From IMG/VR virus record IMGVR_UViG_3300048930_000192, positions 1-64,000 of that record: a DNA stretch of 64,000 bases. One strand, given 5' to 3'. The notes under the pieces are model-generated. The model saw nothing but the letters and a program-made list of their open reading frames with translations. It did not search any database and was not told the DNA's origin. Positions 19,802 through 33,600 of this stretch are shown here, piece after piece. Source of the stretch: a virus. How positions within the stretch are numbered: position 1 is the first letter of the stretch; each line of letters begins with the position of its first letter. A program made the translations under genes and the position numbers.

Positions 19802-20956
19802 TTATTTAGATTGTAGCCAACCATGAACTGTATGATTTAACTTTTCTTCTACCTTTGGTTTGAGATCTATTGGTAGCTTTCCTTCTCTAAGGAGCCGCTC
19901 ACATGTAGCCTTACACTCATGATAATTTTCTAGCAGATGGCTAACTTGAGCCATCTCAAATGATATTGCCCATTCATATATGAATGGCACTGTGAACAAT
20001 GCACCCTTGGGGAATGCCAATTTAGACGCGATTCTGTAAAATCTATAGGCTTGATCTAGTCTGCCATACTGCGAACACAGTCTGCCTGCATAGAACAAAC
20101 TTTCTGCACGAATTGGCGAAGCTGCATGAGCATCTACATAGTGCTTAATAATTTCGTCAATCGGATAAACCATTGACTTAGTTTCTGCGTTTATGGCTTC
20201 CTTTAGCTTACCAACTTCGAACAAACTCCAAAATACTTCTTCGTTCCAGCCACCAAGACTTGCTCGCTTAGAATAACATTCGATTGCCTTTTTGTAACTT
20301 CTGGCATCACGATAGCACTGAGCCATATAGAAATGATATCTGTTTACATCTTTTTCTGCAACTGTACCCTTTGCAAATTCATCTTCAAACAACTTGGCAT
20401 CTTTGAGATACTTTTCGGGATCTTTGCTGCGGGCGCCATCTTGAATCGGGCGATTAATAAACCCATCTGCTTTGGCGCGAGTTTTAATTTCATCATGGCA
20501 ATCTACATATTCGTGACATACACCACTATAGTAGAATTTTAGTCGGCTGCTTGTTAGCTGCGGCCTAAAATATTCTACTGGTCCAGCATGTGCAAATACG
20601 TCGTACAAATCTGCGTTTAAACCTACTTTGAAAGATTCGGGATTAAAATCGTGATTGAACTCCAATATTTCATCAGCGTCGATCATGAGATTATAATCAC
20701 CTTCTGGTCGAGCCAATTCTAGCAATTCAGATCTATTATGGCCAAAATTTACCCATGGTCTTTCATATAGCTTTCCTTCGATGCCAACCCGCTTAAAGAA
20801 GTCTTTAATCTTTTCTTGAGTTCCATCAGTGCTGCCAGTATCGACTATAACCCAGTTATCAATAACTGGCATAGTACTTGCAAGGCATCTTTCGATGACA
20901 TGGGACTCATTTTTCACAATCATACACAAAGTTACTTTCGTCATTCTATTCTCCAT
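19802..20956 (-). CDS. Family 2 glycosyltransferase with C-terminal TPR-like helices
   Basis: LCMIVKNE, IVDTGSTDGT, NFGHNR, DXD motif in MIDADE, GVCHE; helical repeats YHFYMAQCYRD and AESLFYAGRLC. Confidence 0.92.
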   Translation of the reverse strand: MENRMTKVTLCMIVKNESHVIERCLASTMPVIDNWVIVDTGSTDGTQEKIKDFFKRVGIEGKLYERPWVNFGHNRSELLELARPEGDYNLMIDADEILEFNHDFNPESFKVGLNADLYDVFAHAGPVEYFRPQLTSSRLKFYYSGVCHEYVDCHDEIKTRAKADGFINRPIQDGARSKDPEKYLKDAKLFEDEFAKGTVAEKDVNRYHFYMAQCYRDARSYKKAIECYSKRASLGGWNEEVFWSLFEVGKLKEAINAETKSMVYPIDEIIKHYVDAHAASPIRAESLFYAGRLCSQYGRLDQAYRFYRIASKLAFPKGALFTVPFIYEWAISFEMAQVSHLLENYHECKATCERLLREGKLPIDLKPKVEEKLNHTVHGWLQSK

Positions 20957-20967
20957 ACTAATAATGC

Positions 20968-21180
20968 TTATTCTGGTATATTTATGATCAGCTGAATGAT
21001 ATACCGTGGACCAAGTTCAACTAAACCATTAGATGCGTTTAAACCCTTCATTATATCATTAACTGAAAATGGTGCAGTGACAGAATATGGTATAAGTATA
21101 AGTTCCAATATATTTTCTGGCGGCATTAGATGTATCATTCCCGTAGAAGGAAATACATACATTACTATCTGATTGGGCAA
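20968..21180 (-). CDS. Small hypothetical protein
   Basis: TTG start 8 nt after a strong SD (AAGGAG); fills the gap between the fibre and glycosyltransferase genes. Confidence 0.55.
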   Translation of the reverse strand: MPNQIVMYVFPSTGMIHLMPPENILELILIPYSVTAPFSVNDIMKGLNASNGLVELGPRYIIQLIINIPE

Positions 21181-21193
21181 TACTATTTCTCCT

Positions 21194-22969
<1,776 letters not shown>

Positions 22970-22981
22970 TGTTTCACCTTA

Positions 22982-23761
22982 TTATCGAAATAATATATCA
23001 CATGCCCCTGTGGCAGGATCTGCTACACCATCACCACCGGATTCTGTAAAACCGATGCATATGGCATTGTTACGAGCGCCGTACGCAAGATCTATCCACC
23101 CAGAATCATAATATCCAGTTCCAGCCATACTAGTTTCTACCTGCGATGACAGCCCCAATTGTAGAAAATTTGAAACAGTTGTGTTGTAGGAAGTATAATA
23201 TTTAGCAGTGAATAGCGAGCCGGCGGTACCAACAACTTGCTTATTTACTCTAAACCTAACTTGAGTATAACCAGCCAAGTCGACCATGAATAAATGTCTC
23301 GTAGTATTACCAGCAAATCTTTCTGCCAAAGTAGCGTTGGACATTGCAAAATTTCCTGCGGCGTTGCCGTGTACGGTGAAAGATTTGATTGGTTTATACG
23401 ATCCGTCTGTTATCCAACCAACACCAGACTCATACGTTACAGCATCTCCCGAATCAAGCACAGAAGAATATAACGTGGCACCACACTCTATTGTTATTGC
23501 ATGAGATATTGTGTCCATATTTACAAGCCGCATAAATTTTACATTTTTTACTGTTGCCGTTGATGAAGGTCCAGCAACAATATTTACCACACTTGTGCCA
23601 TTAGAATCAGAAACGCTATTGTCCCATGTTGGCAAAGATGAGCCATTGACTGTAATTTCATTAAAAGACGCATAGCATTCTATTGGAACTGTGTCATGTG
23701 CTTCATCGAGCACCATTGTTAAATTCTGAGAGTTCTTTATTGTTATCATATCATACTCCAC
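22982..23761 (-). CDS. Hypothetical virion/fibre-associated protein
   Basis: 259-aa beta-rich ORF between two collagen genes. Confidence 0.65.
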   Translation of the reverse strand: MEYDMITIKNSQNLTMVLDEAHDTVPIECYASFNEITVNGSSLPTWDNSVSDSNGTSVVNIVAGPSSTATVKNVKFMRLVNMDTISHAITIECGATLYSSVLDSGDAVTYESGVGWITDGSYKPIKSFTVHGNAAGNFAMSNATLAERFAGNTTRHLFMVDLAGYTQVRFRVNKQVVGTAGSLFTAKYYTSYNTTVSNFLQLGLSSQVETSMAGTGYYDSGWIDLAYGARNNAICIGFTESGGDGVADPATGACDILFR

Positions 23762-25707
23762 ATTATTATTTCGGCGACAGACATTGAATTAATACCGGCT
23801 GGTCCTGTGGCACCTGTAAGACCAATTGGTCCTGTTGGTCCTGTTGGTCCTGTTGGTCCTGTGGCACCTGTAAGACCAATTGGTCCTGTTGGTCCTGTTG
23901 GTCCTGTGGCACCTGTAAGACCAATTGGTCCTGTTGGTCCTGCAATACCTTGTGCCCCTGTGTCACCAGTTGGTCCTGTTGGTCCTGTTGGTCCTGTGGC
24001 ACCTGTAAGACCAATTGGTCCTGTTGGTCCTGCAATACCTTGTGCCCCTGTGTCACCAGTTGGTCCTGTTGGTCCTGTGGCACCTGTAAGACCAATTGGT
24101 CCTGTTGGTCCTGCAATACCTTGTGCCCCTGTGTCACCGGTTGGTCCTGTTGGTCCTGTGGCACCAGTGGCACCGAAAAGAGAGATACCATCTTGATCTA
24201 TTTGCATCGATAAAATATCGATAAAGTCTAAATCGCCAATTTCGTTTGGTATCGCAATATACAAACTAGCTTCGTCGATATTATACCATAGTTTGCCGAT
24301 TGTCGCGGCGGGTGGTGATGCGCTAACTTCTACCGCAAAATCGCCGGTAATAGTAGAACCAGATACCGAAGAGCTGAAGTAGATGGTATTTGTAAGCTCG
24401 TCGGAATAGATGGACACACCACCATTGCCAACTAACCGTAATATTTCTCCAGAACTTCTGTCGGTTTCTGATAGTCTATACTTGGCAACAAGATTCTGAC
24501 TACCAGAAACAGATATTGTATGAAATGCCTCACCAAGACCACCACCTGAAGATATTACATTTTGCTTTGGTAAATATTTCGAAAGCTTTTCATAATCAAT
24601 ATCAAGAACATTATTATTTAATCGTAAAAATGTATTTGGTTTTACAGATATTATTGTACTTGTGCCCGCTGGACCGGTTTCACCCCTCGGACCAACCTCA
24701 CCTCTTAGACCATCTTTACCATTTAAGCCTTTATCGCCCTTTGGTCCCGTTGGTCCAATATCACCTTTATCGCCCTTTGGTCCCGTTGGTCCAATATCAC
24801 CTTTATCGCCCTTTGGTCCTGTTGGTCCAATATCGCCTTTATCACCGGTAGGTCCCGTTGGTCCCGTTGGTCCAATATCGCCTTTATCACCCTTTGGCCC
24901 GGCGATGCCTTTATCGCCTTTATCACCCTTTGGCCCGGCGATGCCTTTATCGCCTTTATCACCGGTAGGTCCTGCTGCTCCCGTTGGTCCAATATCGCCT
25001 TTATCGCCGGTAGGTCCTGCTGCTCCCGTTGGTCCAATATCGCCTTTATCGCCTTTATCGCCTTTATCACCCTTATCACCCTTATCACCCTTATCACCCG
25101 TTGGTCCTGTTGGGCCTGTTGGGCCTGTCGGACCTACAGGCCCAACAGGCCCCCTTTCACCTTTTACACCACTGGGACCAATGTCACCTTTATCACCCTT
25201 TGGTCCATCCATACCTCTTGGGCCTTGTATGCTAATACTATCAGATGATTTTTGCTGGTAAGATATATTTTCTGATATAATTGATGGAACATTTGATGTT
25301 TTTAGACCCGAGATAGATAATAGATTCGATCTATACCTACTAGAAATAGTATCATAATTTCCGTAATCGTCTGCTATTAGGATCTTATCGTTTACATTCT
25401 TGAATTTATAAACTGAGCCTTTGTCATAATTCAAAAATGATTCTGTGCAAATAACTTCGTCGTTGTCATATAAAGACAAAATATCGATATCGAAAAGTTT
25501 GTTTATAGATTTAATAGATCCGGTCACCCTTGTGACGATATCTTCATTCAAATTCTTAATCAATACAACAAAATTCCCAGAATCCAATTTATAGTCTTCT
25601 ACAATTTCATTTGAAATTGATTTTACTACTTCAACAACACTAAATTCTTTAATAGATCCAACAGACTTTAGTATTGTATATTTTACTGGGAAATTATGTT
25701 CTTCCAT
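23746..25707 (-). CDS. Collagen-like protein with two G-X-Y regions (charged GDK-rich and Thr-rich)
   Basis: A GDKGDK/GPK array and a C-terminal [24 protein letters not shown] array, separated by an SSGGG-containing domain. Confidence 0.85.
   Translation of the reverse strand: MEEHNFPVKYTILKSVGSIKEFSVVEVVKSISNEIVEDYKLDSGNFVVLIKNLNEDIVTRVTGSIKSINKLFDIDILSLYDNDEVICTESFLNYDKGSVYKFKNVNDKILIADDYGNYDTISSRYRSNLLSISGLKTSNVPSIISENISYQQKSSDSISIQGPRGMDGPKGDKGDIGPSGVKGERGPVGPVGPTGPTGPTGPTGDKGDKGDKGDKGDKGDKGDIGPTGAAGPTGDKGDIGPTGAAGPTGDKGDKGIAGPKGDKGDKGIAGPKGDKGDIGPTGPTGPTGDKGDIGPTGPKGDKGDIGPTGPKGDKGDIGPTGPKGDKGLNGKDGLRGEVGPRGETGPAGTSTIISVKPNTFLRLNNNVLDIDYEKLSKYLPKQNVISSGGGLGEAFHTISVSGSQNLVAKYRLSETDRSSGEILRLVGNGGVSIYSDELTNTIYFSSSVSGSTITGDFAVEVSASPPAATIGKLWYNIDEASLYIAIPNEIGDLDFIDILSMQIDQDGISLFGATGATGPTGPTGDTGAQGIAGPTGPIGLTGATGPTGPTGDTGAQGIAGPTGPIGLTGATGPTGPTGPTGDTGAQGIAGPTGPIGLTGATGPTGPTGPIGLTGATGPTGPTGPTGPIGLTGATGPAGINSMSVAEIIMWSMI
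23801..24175. repeat. Collagen-coding array nearly identical in DNA to 22578-22862
   Basis: Same unit GGTCCTGTGGCACCTGTAAGACCAATTGGTCCTGTTGGTCCTGCAATACCTTGTGCCCCTGTGTC(G/A)CCAGTT. Confidence 0.9.
24662..25225. repeat. Collagen-coding array ([12 protein letters not shown])
   Basis: Repeated (G/A)CCTTTATC units and 36-bp higher-order units. Confidence 0.88.
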
Positions 25708-26252
25708 GATATATTATTTTCTGATATGATGGCAGACGGTATTAAGTATCCTAGACTTCTATATTTCTTAACAAGGGTCTCGTCTAAAGGAATCTCAATG
25801 CCAACTATTTTAGCATCGCAACCCAAAATTCTAGACGCATTAACATCAAAGAATTCTAAATTTTGCTTCTCTATACCATAAACCTCTAGAAGATACTCTT
25901 TTATGATCTTTAAACTATTCGTGCTTCTATAAATTATACCAACATTCTTGTTTGTTCTTTCGTAAATTTCATTGACGGTATTTTTAAAATCTGGTTCTCT
26001 TTCTTGATTCTTTTGAACCAAAATTATACCATTATGTATGCCAGATTTGCTCTTAAGTATAACAGAATAGAACTTTCTATTGCTAACATTTTCTATAATA
26101 GAAATCAAGTCGTTTTTCGACTTGGATAACACAATTGCAAATGATCTATTGTCTTTAACTATTTTCTTGTAGATGTCTTCTGATATTACACTTTTTCGAT
26201 TTTCTGAAAAATCGAAAGCAGAATCAGATAAGAACTTATCAAATTTCATCAT
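25683..26252 (-). CDS. Hypothetical protein
   Basis: 189-aa ORF in the operon, with a possible SD (AAGGA) about 11 nt upstream. Confidence 0.65.
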   Translation of the reverse strand: MMKFDKFLSDSAFDFSENRKSVISEDIYKKIVKDNRSFAIVLSKSKNDLISIIENVSNRKFYSVILKSKSGIHNGIILVQKNQEREPDFKNTVNEIYERTNKNVGIIYRSTNSLKIIKEYLLEVYGIEKQNLEFFDVNASRILGCDAKIVGIEIPLDETLVKKYRSLGYLIPSAIISENNISWKNIISQ

Positions 26253-26264
26253 AACATATTTTCC

Positions 26265-26594
26265 TTACTTAGTAACTTCTGGATCAACTAGTGCCGTGCC
26301 TTGGTAAGATCTAACTACTGTGCCATTCGCATAGTGAAATTCAACGTCATATACATATCTTGCTGGCTTTAAGCTGGCACTAGCGGTTGCGCTCATGAAT
26401 AATGCGAAACTACCTGTGCCACCAGTAACAGAAACTTGAATTTCTTTATATGTGTCCGTATAATAACTTGTCTTTAGATAACAGTATCCTGTGCTGCCAG
26501 ATAGATCTAATGCCAAGTTATTTTCATTATACGCAGTTAATGACTTATTGTAAGTCTCGCCCTGATTTATGTACAAATTTAAATACTTTGACAC
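26265..26594 (-). CDS. Small virion structural protein of a type common in aquatic T4-like phages
   Basis: NLYINQGETY...LKPARYVYDVE...QGTALVDPEVTK pattern. Confidence 0.7.
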   Translation of the reverse strand: MSKYLNLYINQGETYNKSLTAYNENNLALDLSGSTGYCYLKTSYYTDTYKEIQVSVTGGTGSFALFMSATASASLKPARYVYDVEFHYANGTVVRSYQGTALVDPEVTK

Positions 26595-26596
26595 TA

Positions 26597-29500
26597 TTAT
26601 GATCCTATTCTGTAATAAGTTATATGACGCATTCTCGGATCACTAGAACCACTATCCATGCTGATATTTATCGTCGAAGTAACATTAGTAACAACACAGT
26701 TGAATGTAACTGGGTTGCTTGCATTGATAGTTCCAAGAGAGTAATCTACACCATTTACAGTAGCGGTCAATGACACACTTGAACTACTTGACTGGGCAAT
26801 GAAAGCTGTGATGAAATATGCGCCCGGTATAAGACCAGATATCGTGTATGAAGTTGCATCAGTTTGTATATTACCGGCAGGCAAGCACGATTGATCTACA
26901 TATTGCTTATTTGCTGCATGGTGATCAGCTGTTGGGAATGTAAGTCCGGTGATCTTTGCTGTGCCGGCTGGTGTATTAAACGGATCGGCATTTCTGTCGT
27001 CGTAGAAATCCAAAGAAGGTGGATTAGATCTAGAGCCATCGTCTTTCAACAGAGATCCCATTATAAATGCGCGACTTGCTACTGGGTCAACACCAAATAC
27101 TGGTTTGCCGAGTAGGCCGCCTCTTCGTATAGGCGAAGTATCGCCACCACCGGTGTAACCATCTGGCCATACAGTCATATCTCCGAAGAAATATGTCTCC
27201 ATTCTAGAATTGCCGACACCAACCGCAGACGCCTTGGTGACAAAGGTATCCCAAATTGGTATACCCTTATGCAATATTTGATACTGATTTTCTACGTTAC
27301 CAGAACCTGTTATAGCATTGATGAATAGTTGCCCGTTATCGTCAAGCAGCTTGAAACTACTTGCGTATATTTCATATTTGCCTTGATCTGGGCTGCTAAA
27401 CAGGTGGGTATTGCCGCTCGACTTCTTGGTCCATATATCTCCGCCGCCCTGCATCAACAGATTGGCAGAATCTATTACCAAATCACCGGTCATCATATCA
27501 CCAGCAACGTCAACATAGTAGTCGTCGGTTTCAGTTTTGCTATAAACTTCGATCTTATCACGGAACGCATCAAGATTTGTTGGCGATATGTACTGCGGAG
27601 TACCATCATATCTTACATAAATCGAATCATGGTTGTGTGTAAGACTGCTTACGGTATATCCGTTACCTTCAGCATACGCCGAAGAAATTATATTTGATCT
27701 TGCTGTATAGGCTTGCGCACTGCTCAAAGCCTGATTGTCGTCAAATCTTACATATCTCAAGTCGTGGTCGTGAGTAGCACCGAATGTTGGCAAACTAGAT
27801 CCTAGGCCAATACCGGCAAGATACGCATTTTCTCTAAACGTAGCTCTACCGCCGTCTGTAAGGCCGTCAACTGAGCCATGAGTTGCATCATATCTAATAT
27901 ATCTTAGATCGTGATTGTGCCCAGTAAGTATAGTAGCCTTAGTAGAAGACCGTGCTCGAATTATGTAGTAAGTTACTACGTTTCTTGGCTCAATTGAGAA
28001 TGGCTCATTGTTGCCCGTGGCACTTGTATTTGTACTAAATCCGCTGCCACTGACTACAGCTTGACCGACACCAAAGGCTGCGGTAGTAACATTTAGCCCG
28101 TGAGAGTGAGAAGGCATATTGGCATTGCTCAAAGCAACAGAAGTAATACCAGACACAGAGCCAATGTCAAGATCAGTTGACTTGCCTCTGATGTATCTAG
28201 ATCTTAGATCTGGCACAAAGAACTGGCTTACACTAGATGAGTTGCTTACAATTCTTAACTCGTATACGCCACTAACAGGTGCAGTACCACTTACAGTTAT
28301 CGTTGTAGAAGTTATAGAAGATATTGTTCTGGATTCTACAACACCAGCAGTGTTTGTAAGTGTAATATTATCGCCGACTTCTAGATTTCTAGAACCATCA
28401 GTGCAAACACAAGTTGTTGTGCCACTAAATGTGACTCTAACAAAATACTTATCTTGCAATACACGATCTAGATCCGGATAAGAAGAGGTGTTATACTTAG
28501 ATCCATCGCATACAACCCATTCTGTTGAAAGATATTCTAAACCACCAGCATATGGATATATGGTACCGATTGGCACTAAACCACTTAGATATAGTTCGTC
28601 TGTAGGATCTTCAATTACAGTACCAATGTAATTGATTATATATCCTTCTGTTTCACTAGACGCAATAAGCATTGGCTTTCTTACGCCGCCCGATGGTATT
28701 CTAGTCAATACATTTAGATCTGGATCAGAAATTAGTTTACCGGCAACTACACCACTCAAGAAATATACTTCACCTGCACTGAACGGCACACCTTCTACAG
28801 TATTAACAGAACCACTCAAGCCCTTTATAAGGCCTTTCATGGTTATCACAAACGAATCGCCACTCACAGAAGAAACTACACCAAGCGATTCGGCATTTTC
28901 TACGGAGTCTGCTAGAGCCTTTACATAGTCGCCACTTGTATTAATTCTTACGATATCGCCAAATGTCAATCCGTGCGCAGACTGCGAAACTCTCCGACGC
29001 AACGAGTTTGTTTCTAACAAGTCGCCAGAAATTAATCCGTATTCGTCAGAAATGGGTATAGAATATGGGCTAGAGTAAGTATAACCATGTGCGCCATCAA
29101 GCTGATCTACGTTTAGACCCTTTGCAAAACTGGTTGTTGTTATTCCAGAATATGCTCGCCAATTTTCTCCGGTGCCACCGGCAGCAGAAATGCTACCATA
29201 TACACTAAATGCCAAATTCTTTCCATCAACTATATTAGTATCACTATACCATACTTTTAATGTATTTTGATCTGAAAGATTGTCTGGTACTTTAGAAATT
29301 ACCCAGCCACCAGAGAACTGCCCATTATTTGTAGCGCCTATCGGAAGTTCTGTTAACTGAATCTGCAAATATTCGTTTGTTCTTGCCGCGAATATAAAGT
29401 TATCGCCAGTATATCCAGTTACACCATCATAACCATATGACCTGTGTATTCTACCGATAAATGGATCCCACGAGCCACTTAGACCAATGCCAACATTAGA

Positions 29501-30463
29501 GATCCACGAATTGTAGTTAAGCCCTGTGTCCGGATCGTTATTAATCCAGATAAATTGCTTGTCACTTTCGGATCCCTTTAGAACAATACCACCTTCGCTA
29601 AGTTCGTTATTGTTCAAGAAATCATTATACGGTGTGCCCACACTAACAATTGAATTTCTAGTAGAACCTGTAGATTGAAGTGAGATATATCCGGTTCTAC
29701 CAATCAAGTCATCTGCGTCGTATGGGTCGCTGAACGGAGAACCAATATAGAATATACCTGTCGGACCAGCGACTGTGCCAGTATAGCTATTAAACTGCGC
29801 AGATAGATATGCAGTCAAACTTACATTATCTTCAAAGTAATATGCAGTTGCACCAAAGTTACCAGCAGTATATGAACCGGCTGTTACACCTGTAAGATTT
29901 AACGCAACACCACGCTGATATGCAAGTTCAATTTGCTTATCTTCAATTCTTAAATTGTTAGCACCAATAAATGTGTTTTGGCCCAAAACACTAAGATTAC
30001 CCAACACAATTATATTGCCACCAAATTCGTGGTCGTCATCAATAGAATATGGTAGAATCTTAGATGCTCTTACCTTTTTGACTGTACCATTAGCTCCCAA
30101 TGATGTGTCGCTAACATCGTTGATTATATATTCGTCCAAACTAGAAACCGCAAGACTGCCACTCAGAGTTAGGCCATAAACGTCAAATTCAGTATAATCT
30201 ATTATAGTTTTGGTCACACCACCGTATAAGTTAGTGGTGCCAATTCCTGGGCCAGGATTAACACTAAGAGTAACTACGCCATTGTAATTACCAGCACTTA
30301 TTCCAGTCTGCTTTAACAGACCACCACTCAGGCCAGTTTCAACCTCATATACTTGCAATGGATTAAGATATTGTATGACTTCATTGGTTTTAATGAGCCA
30401 ATTATTGAAGGTATCAGATCTAGCTAGTGAGTCGATATTGATTAAATCGCCAGTTAATGACAT
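26597..30463 (-). CDS. Large baseplate-attached fibre protein with a tail-collar domain and HxH repeats
   Basis: N-terminal SDTFNNWLIKTNE; collar PIGTIYPYAGG..WVVCDG..FFVPDLR..MPSHSH; three H-x-H-D-x-x-Y-x-R-(Y/F)-D repeats; HAANKQYVD. Confidence 0.8.
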   Translation of the reverse strand: MSLTGDLINIDSLARSDTFNNWLIKTNEVIQYLNPLQVYEVETGLSGGLLKQTGISAGNYNGVVTLSVNPGPGIGTTNLYGGVTKTIIDYTEFDVYGLTLSGSLAVSSLDEYIINDVSDTSLGANGTVKKVRASKILPYSIDDDHEFGGNIIVLGNLSVLGQNTFIGANNLRIEDKQIELAYQRGVALNLTGVTAGSYTAGNFGATAYYFEDNVSLTAYLSAQFNSYTGTVAGPTGIFYIGSPFSDPYDADDLIGRTGYISLQSTGSTRNSIVSVGTPYNDFLNNNELSEGGIVLKGSESDKQFIWINNDPDTGLNYNSWISNVGIGLSGSWDPFIGRIHRSYGYDGVTGYTGDNFIFAARTNEYLQIQLTELPIGATNNGQFSGGWVISKVPDNLSDQNTLKVWYSDTNIVDGKNLAFSVYGSISAAGGTGENWRAYSGITTTSFAKGLNVDQLDGAHGYTYSSPYSIPISDEYGLISGDLLETNSLRRRVSQSAHGLTFGDIVRINTSGDYVKALADSVENAESLGVVSSVSGDSFVITMKGLIKGLSGSVNTVEGVPFSAGEVYFLSGVVAGKLISDPDLNVLTRIPSGGVRKPMLIASSETEGYIINYIGTVIEDPTDELYLSGLVPIGTIYPYAGGLEYLSTEWVVCDGSKYNTSSYPDLDRVLQDKYFVRVTFSGTTTCVCTDGSRNLEVGDNITLTNTAGVVESRTISSITSTTITVSGTAPVSGVYELRIVSNSSSVSQFFVPDLRSRYIRGKSTDLDIGSVSGITSVALSNANMPSHSHGLNVTTAAFGVGQAVVSGSGFSTNTSATGNNEPFSIEPRNVVTYYIIRARSSTKATILTGHNHDLRYIRYDATHGSVDGLTDGGRATFRENAYLAGIGLGSSLPTFGATHDHDLRYVRFDDNQALSSAQAYTARSNIISSAYAEGNGYTVSSLTHNHDSIYVRYDGTPQYISPTNLDAFRDKIEVYSKTETDDYYVDVAGDMMTGDLVIDSANLLMQGGGDIWTKKSSGNTHLFSSPDQGKYEIYASSFKLLDDNGQLFINAITGSGNVENQYQILHKGIPIWDTFVTKASAVGVGNSRMETYFFGDMTVWPDGYTGGGDTSPIRRGGLLGKPVFGVDPVASRAFIMGSLLKDDGSRSNPPSLDFYDDRNADPFNTPAGTAKITGLTFPTADHHAANKQYVDQSCLPAGNIQTDATSYTISGLIPGAYFITAFIAQSSSSSVSLTATVNGVDYSLGTINASNPVTFNCVVTNVTSTINISMDSGSSDPRMRHITYYRIGS

Positions 30464-30476
30464 TTATTTCTTCCAT

Positions 30477-30671
30477 TTAAGAATGAGATATTTTGCTCAA
30501 TATCGCATTTATTCTTCTTACTTCACTTTCCAGAGATTCAATTCTAGAAATTAGTTCTTGTTTATTTTTCTTTATCAATTTATATTTATCAACTTCGTTC
30601 GTACTAGTTAATAATATGGCTCCAGCTTTTGGCTCTCTAACGTAGTCTGGATGCCCTTCGACTGGTTTCAT
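30477..30671 (-). CDS. Small conserved protein following the VrlC-like gene
   Basis: MKPVEGHPDYVRE...GAI plus a coiled coil; overlaps the upstream stop by 4 nt. Confidence 0.7.
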   Translation of the reverse strand: MKPVEGHPDYVREPKAGAILLTSTNEVDKYKLIKKNKQELISRIESLESEVRRINAILSKISHS

Positions 30672-33600
30672 ACAACAATTGCCCTCATGTTTCTTATTCT
30701 TGGGCAGTTTGTGGTATCGCTGGACGCAAATACAATCTTAACTTGGAATATACCATATCTACTTATTTCTGGATCTAACTTGTATTGCAAATCGACATAA
30801 TCGTTCACATTGACAGAATTTCTACCAGAAACATAAGACAATTCTAACCATTCTTCATCTTCGATACCACTTTGAACGCCGTAAGGCAAACTTCTCATAT
30901 ACACTTTCAGAGACCCTTGATATGGCTTATATGCGTTAAGATAAACATACAACCCAAGTGCTTCTACAGAGTCATCTAGTTCCACACTCTTTGTAATATA
31001 TCTACTTAGAGTAGGATCAGTTGCACCATACGGCGTTGGATTCAACTCTAAGGTATCAGAATTGTTTCTGTTGTTATTGATATTGTTGCTAACGTAATAT
31101 ACTGCAAATCTTTCAAGATCTATCATAGGCGAAACAACACCAGAAGATATGTAAGTAACTTGAACTTTGCCATTTGTTGGATTAGTGCCTGCATTTATAG
31201 TATAAACAGATTCCGATGGCAAGTTCTTGTTTACCGGATATTCGTTGCCATCAAGACCGGCCAATCCAGCATTACCGTAAATTGAAGATGTGTTTGTTGG
31301 TACCAGTTCTTCGCTGACTATTCGTATCAAGTCAACATTACTATCATAGTCAACTGTAGAATCATATGTATCATCAAGTGTTATTTGGAAATTCCGACTA
31401 TTAATAGTATCAAATGCGCAACGGCTTATAATAAAGCAAACATCTTCTGTGTAATCAGCTGTATAGAGACCACCATTCTGTGGTCTAAACAAAGATCCCA
31501 TCAATGCATTATTGCTCGCTCTTTGAGTGGTGTCTACAGTAGAATAATTACCAATCTTAGCAGTATTAACAGTATAATTTTCACTGTTAGTTTTTAGTAC
31601 GATAGCATATTCACCAGGGGCAACATATACTGGTGTGCTAAATGTAAAGTTAGTTATTTGGGAGCCAGTCGTGCTTGCAGAAATATCTGATGGATACAAA
31701 TATTTCTCAGCAAACGGTAATACTTTAGATGGGTGCGGATATCCATTAGACATTGGTCGTATCTGCAAACATACCGGTTCATTTGATGTAGTTTCCTTAG
31801 TACTGAATAGTAGGCCGACTTTGTTAATGAACATACCATCTGGGTATTCGCTATTGTTTACAATAAATGTTTGAGCCAAGCTATCATATTGACCAACGCT
31901 ATTTGGAGTATTTCTAGTTAGAATGTTATTAACAATTTCTTCTGTCTGTGTAGATGACCTCTTTATAATTGCAGGTCGAACAGAGATTATGCCATTTTCT
32001 CTTGATTGTATGTAACCTCTTACATTAAATACACTATCTGCTGCGCTATAAGAACTAGCCAACGAATTACTGGCACTATCTGTAATGCGAATTAGTCTTT
32101 GACCAACTCTAAACGTACCAGATGGTACCGCAAATACTACGCCAGTTATTTTACCACTAGAGTCTGAAATCAGAGATCCAGTGACGTATTGGTCTACTCG
32201 AACGCCATCAAAGAACATATAATGTTGAGTATTTGGCTTTAATCCCTCAGCATTGATAGTTATATTTTGACTTAGTATAAACGGAGAAATACTCTCATTA
32301 ACGTATCTATTAAGTGTGTTCTTTGTAATATTTTCTGGTGTAGATCTATTAGAAAGATTAGAGCTGGCTGGGTTAGAATATAGATTAGTAGATCTGCTGA
32401 CAATATATTGATTTTGACGAGAAATTTGGTCTTCAACAATTTCTTTTCCTGCCCAGTTTAGTTCCCAATCGTTCCACTGGCTGCCGAAGCCATGCCCAGT
32501 TGCAGATGATTCCCACGCATCGTTTTCACCTTGCACGTTAATCTTTGTTAAGACGTCGCGGTTTTCGTCGTACCACAAATCACTGGAAGGTGAATTTTTA
32601 ATAGATCCGAGATAGCTGTATATTCCAGTATCGTTTATTTTGATTGCATTTGTTACTACGGTTTGGAATATAGCAGGTGTGCTTGTATAGTTGGCAATAG
32701 CAATATTGTCTGATGTGAGTGTTATGCCAGCACTAACAGCAGTTAATCCACTGTATGGTTGCACAATAGTTCTGAAACTTGGTCTAAGCTCTGAGTTCTC
32801 GAAGTCGATTGCGCATTTATAATATTCGTCTTGTACGTCGCCCTTAGAGTGACCTTTGAATGTATCTACCAAGATGCCAAGTTTTGGTCTAGAGAACCCA
32901 TCTGTGTCGTAAATTTCTGTGTTCTTGGCTTCTTGCTCGACAACACTCAAAGAGGTATAGAATTCTAGATTATCAACACGCTTTTCAATCTTGCCGATAT
33001 CTCTCATTGTATATCTACGATTTTCAACATATCTTATGCTAAGATCTTTGCTGTCGTAGGTATATGGATTATATGTAACGCTATACAGAGTCATCGAATC
33101 TGTAGCATCGGCCGGAGCCTTTGGATCTACACTAGGAGATCCCGATATAACTTTAAACTTCTTATCTCTTGTAAGAACTATCTTATCTGTTCTTGGCAAA
33201 TAGTGACTATAAGAAACATTTGAGTTAATGTTGTCAGATGGTACATCACACCCAGTAAGTGCGCCAGTCAAATCTCTGTACGGTCTAAAGTCATATACAT
33301 CACCCAAGTTGTATGTGTATCCGTTACTCTTACTGGTATATGTTGGTATCCATTCGTATTTTGTTCTGCCATCATATGGATCATTGCCGCCATTAAGATA
33401 GCTATTTACATTAATAGCACCAAATCCACTGTGATCATATCTAGTCAGATGTATGTCATATGGGCCAGTATATGAAGAATAGTTGATGTTGGGCTTCAAT
33501 ATTATTTTAGCCCAATCATAATAATTATCTGTTTGACCGGTATCTAAATCGAAACTAGAGAACATATTAGTAGTTATACCAGCACCTATGTGGCCAGTTA

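Noticed and set aside
19802-20956. Glycosyltransferase as a T4-like DNA (hmC) glucosyltransferase
   Set aside because: It has GT-A/GT2 plus TPR architecture and sits in the late fibre operon, and no base-modification genes are nearby. Not formally excluded.
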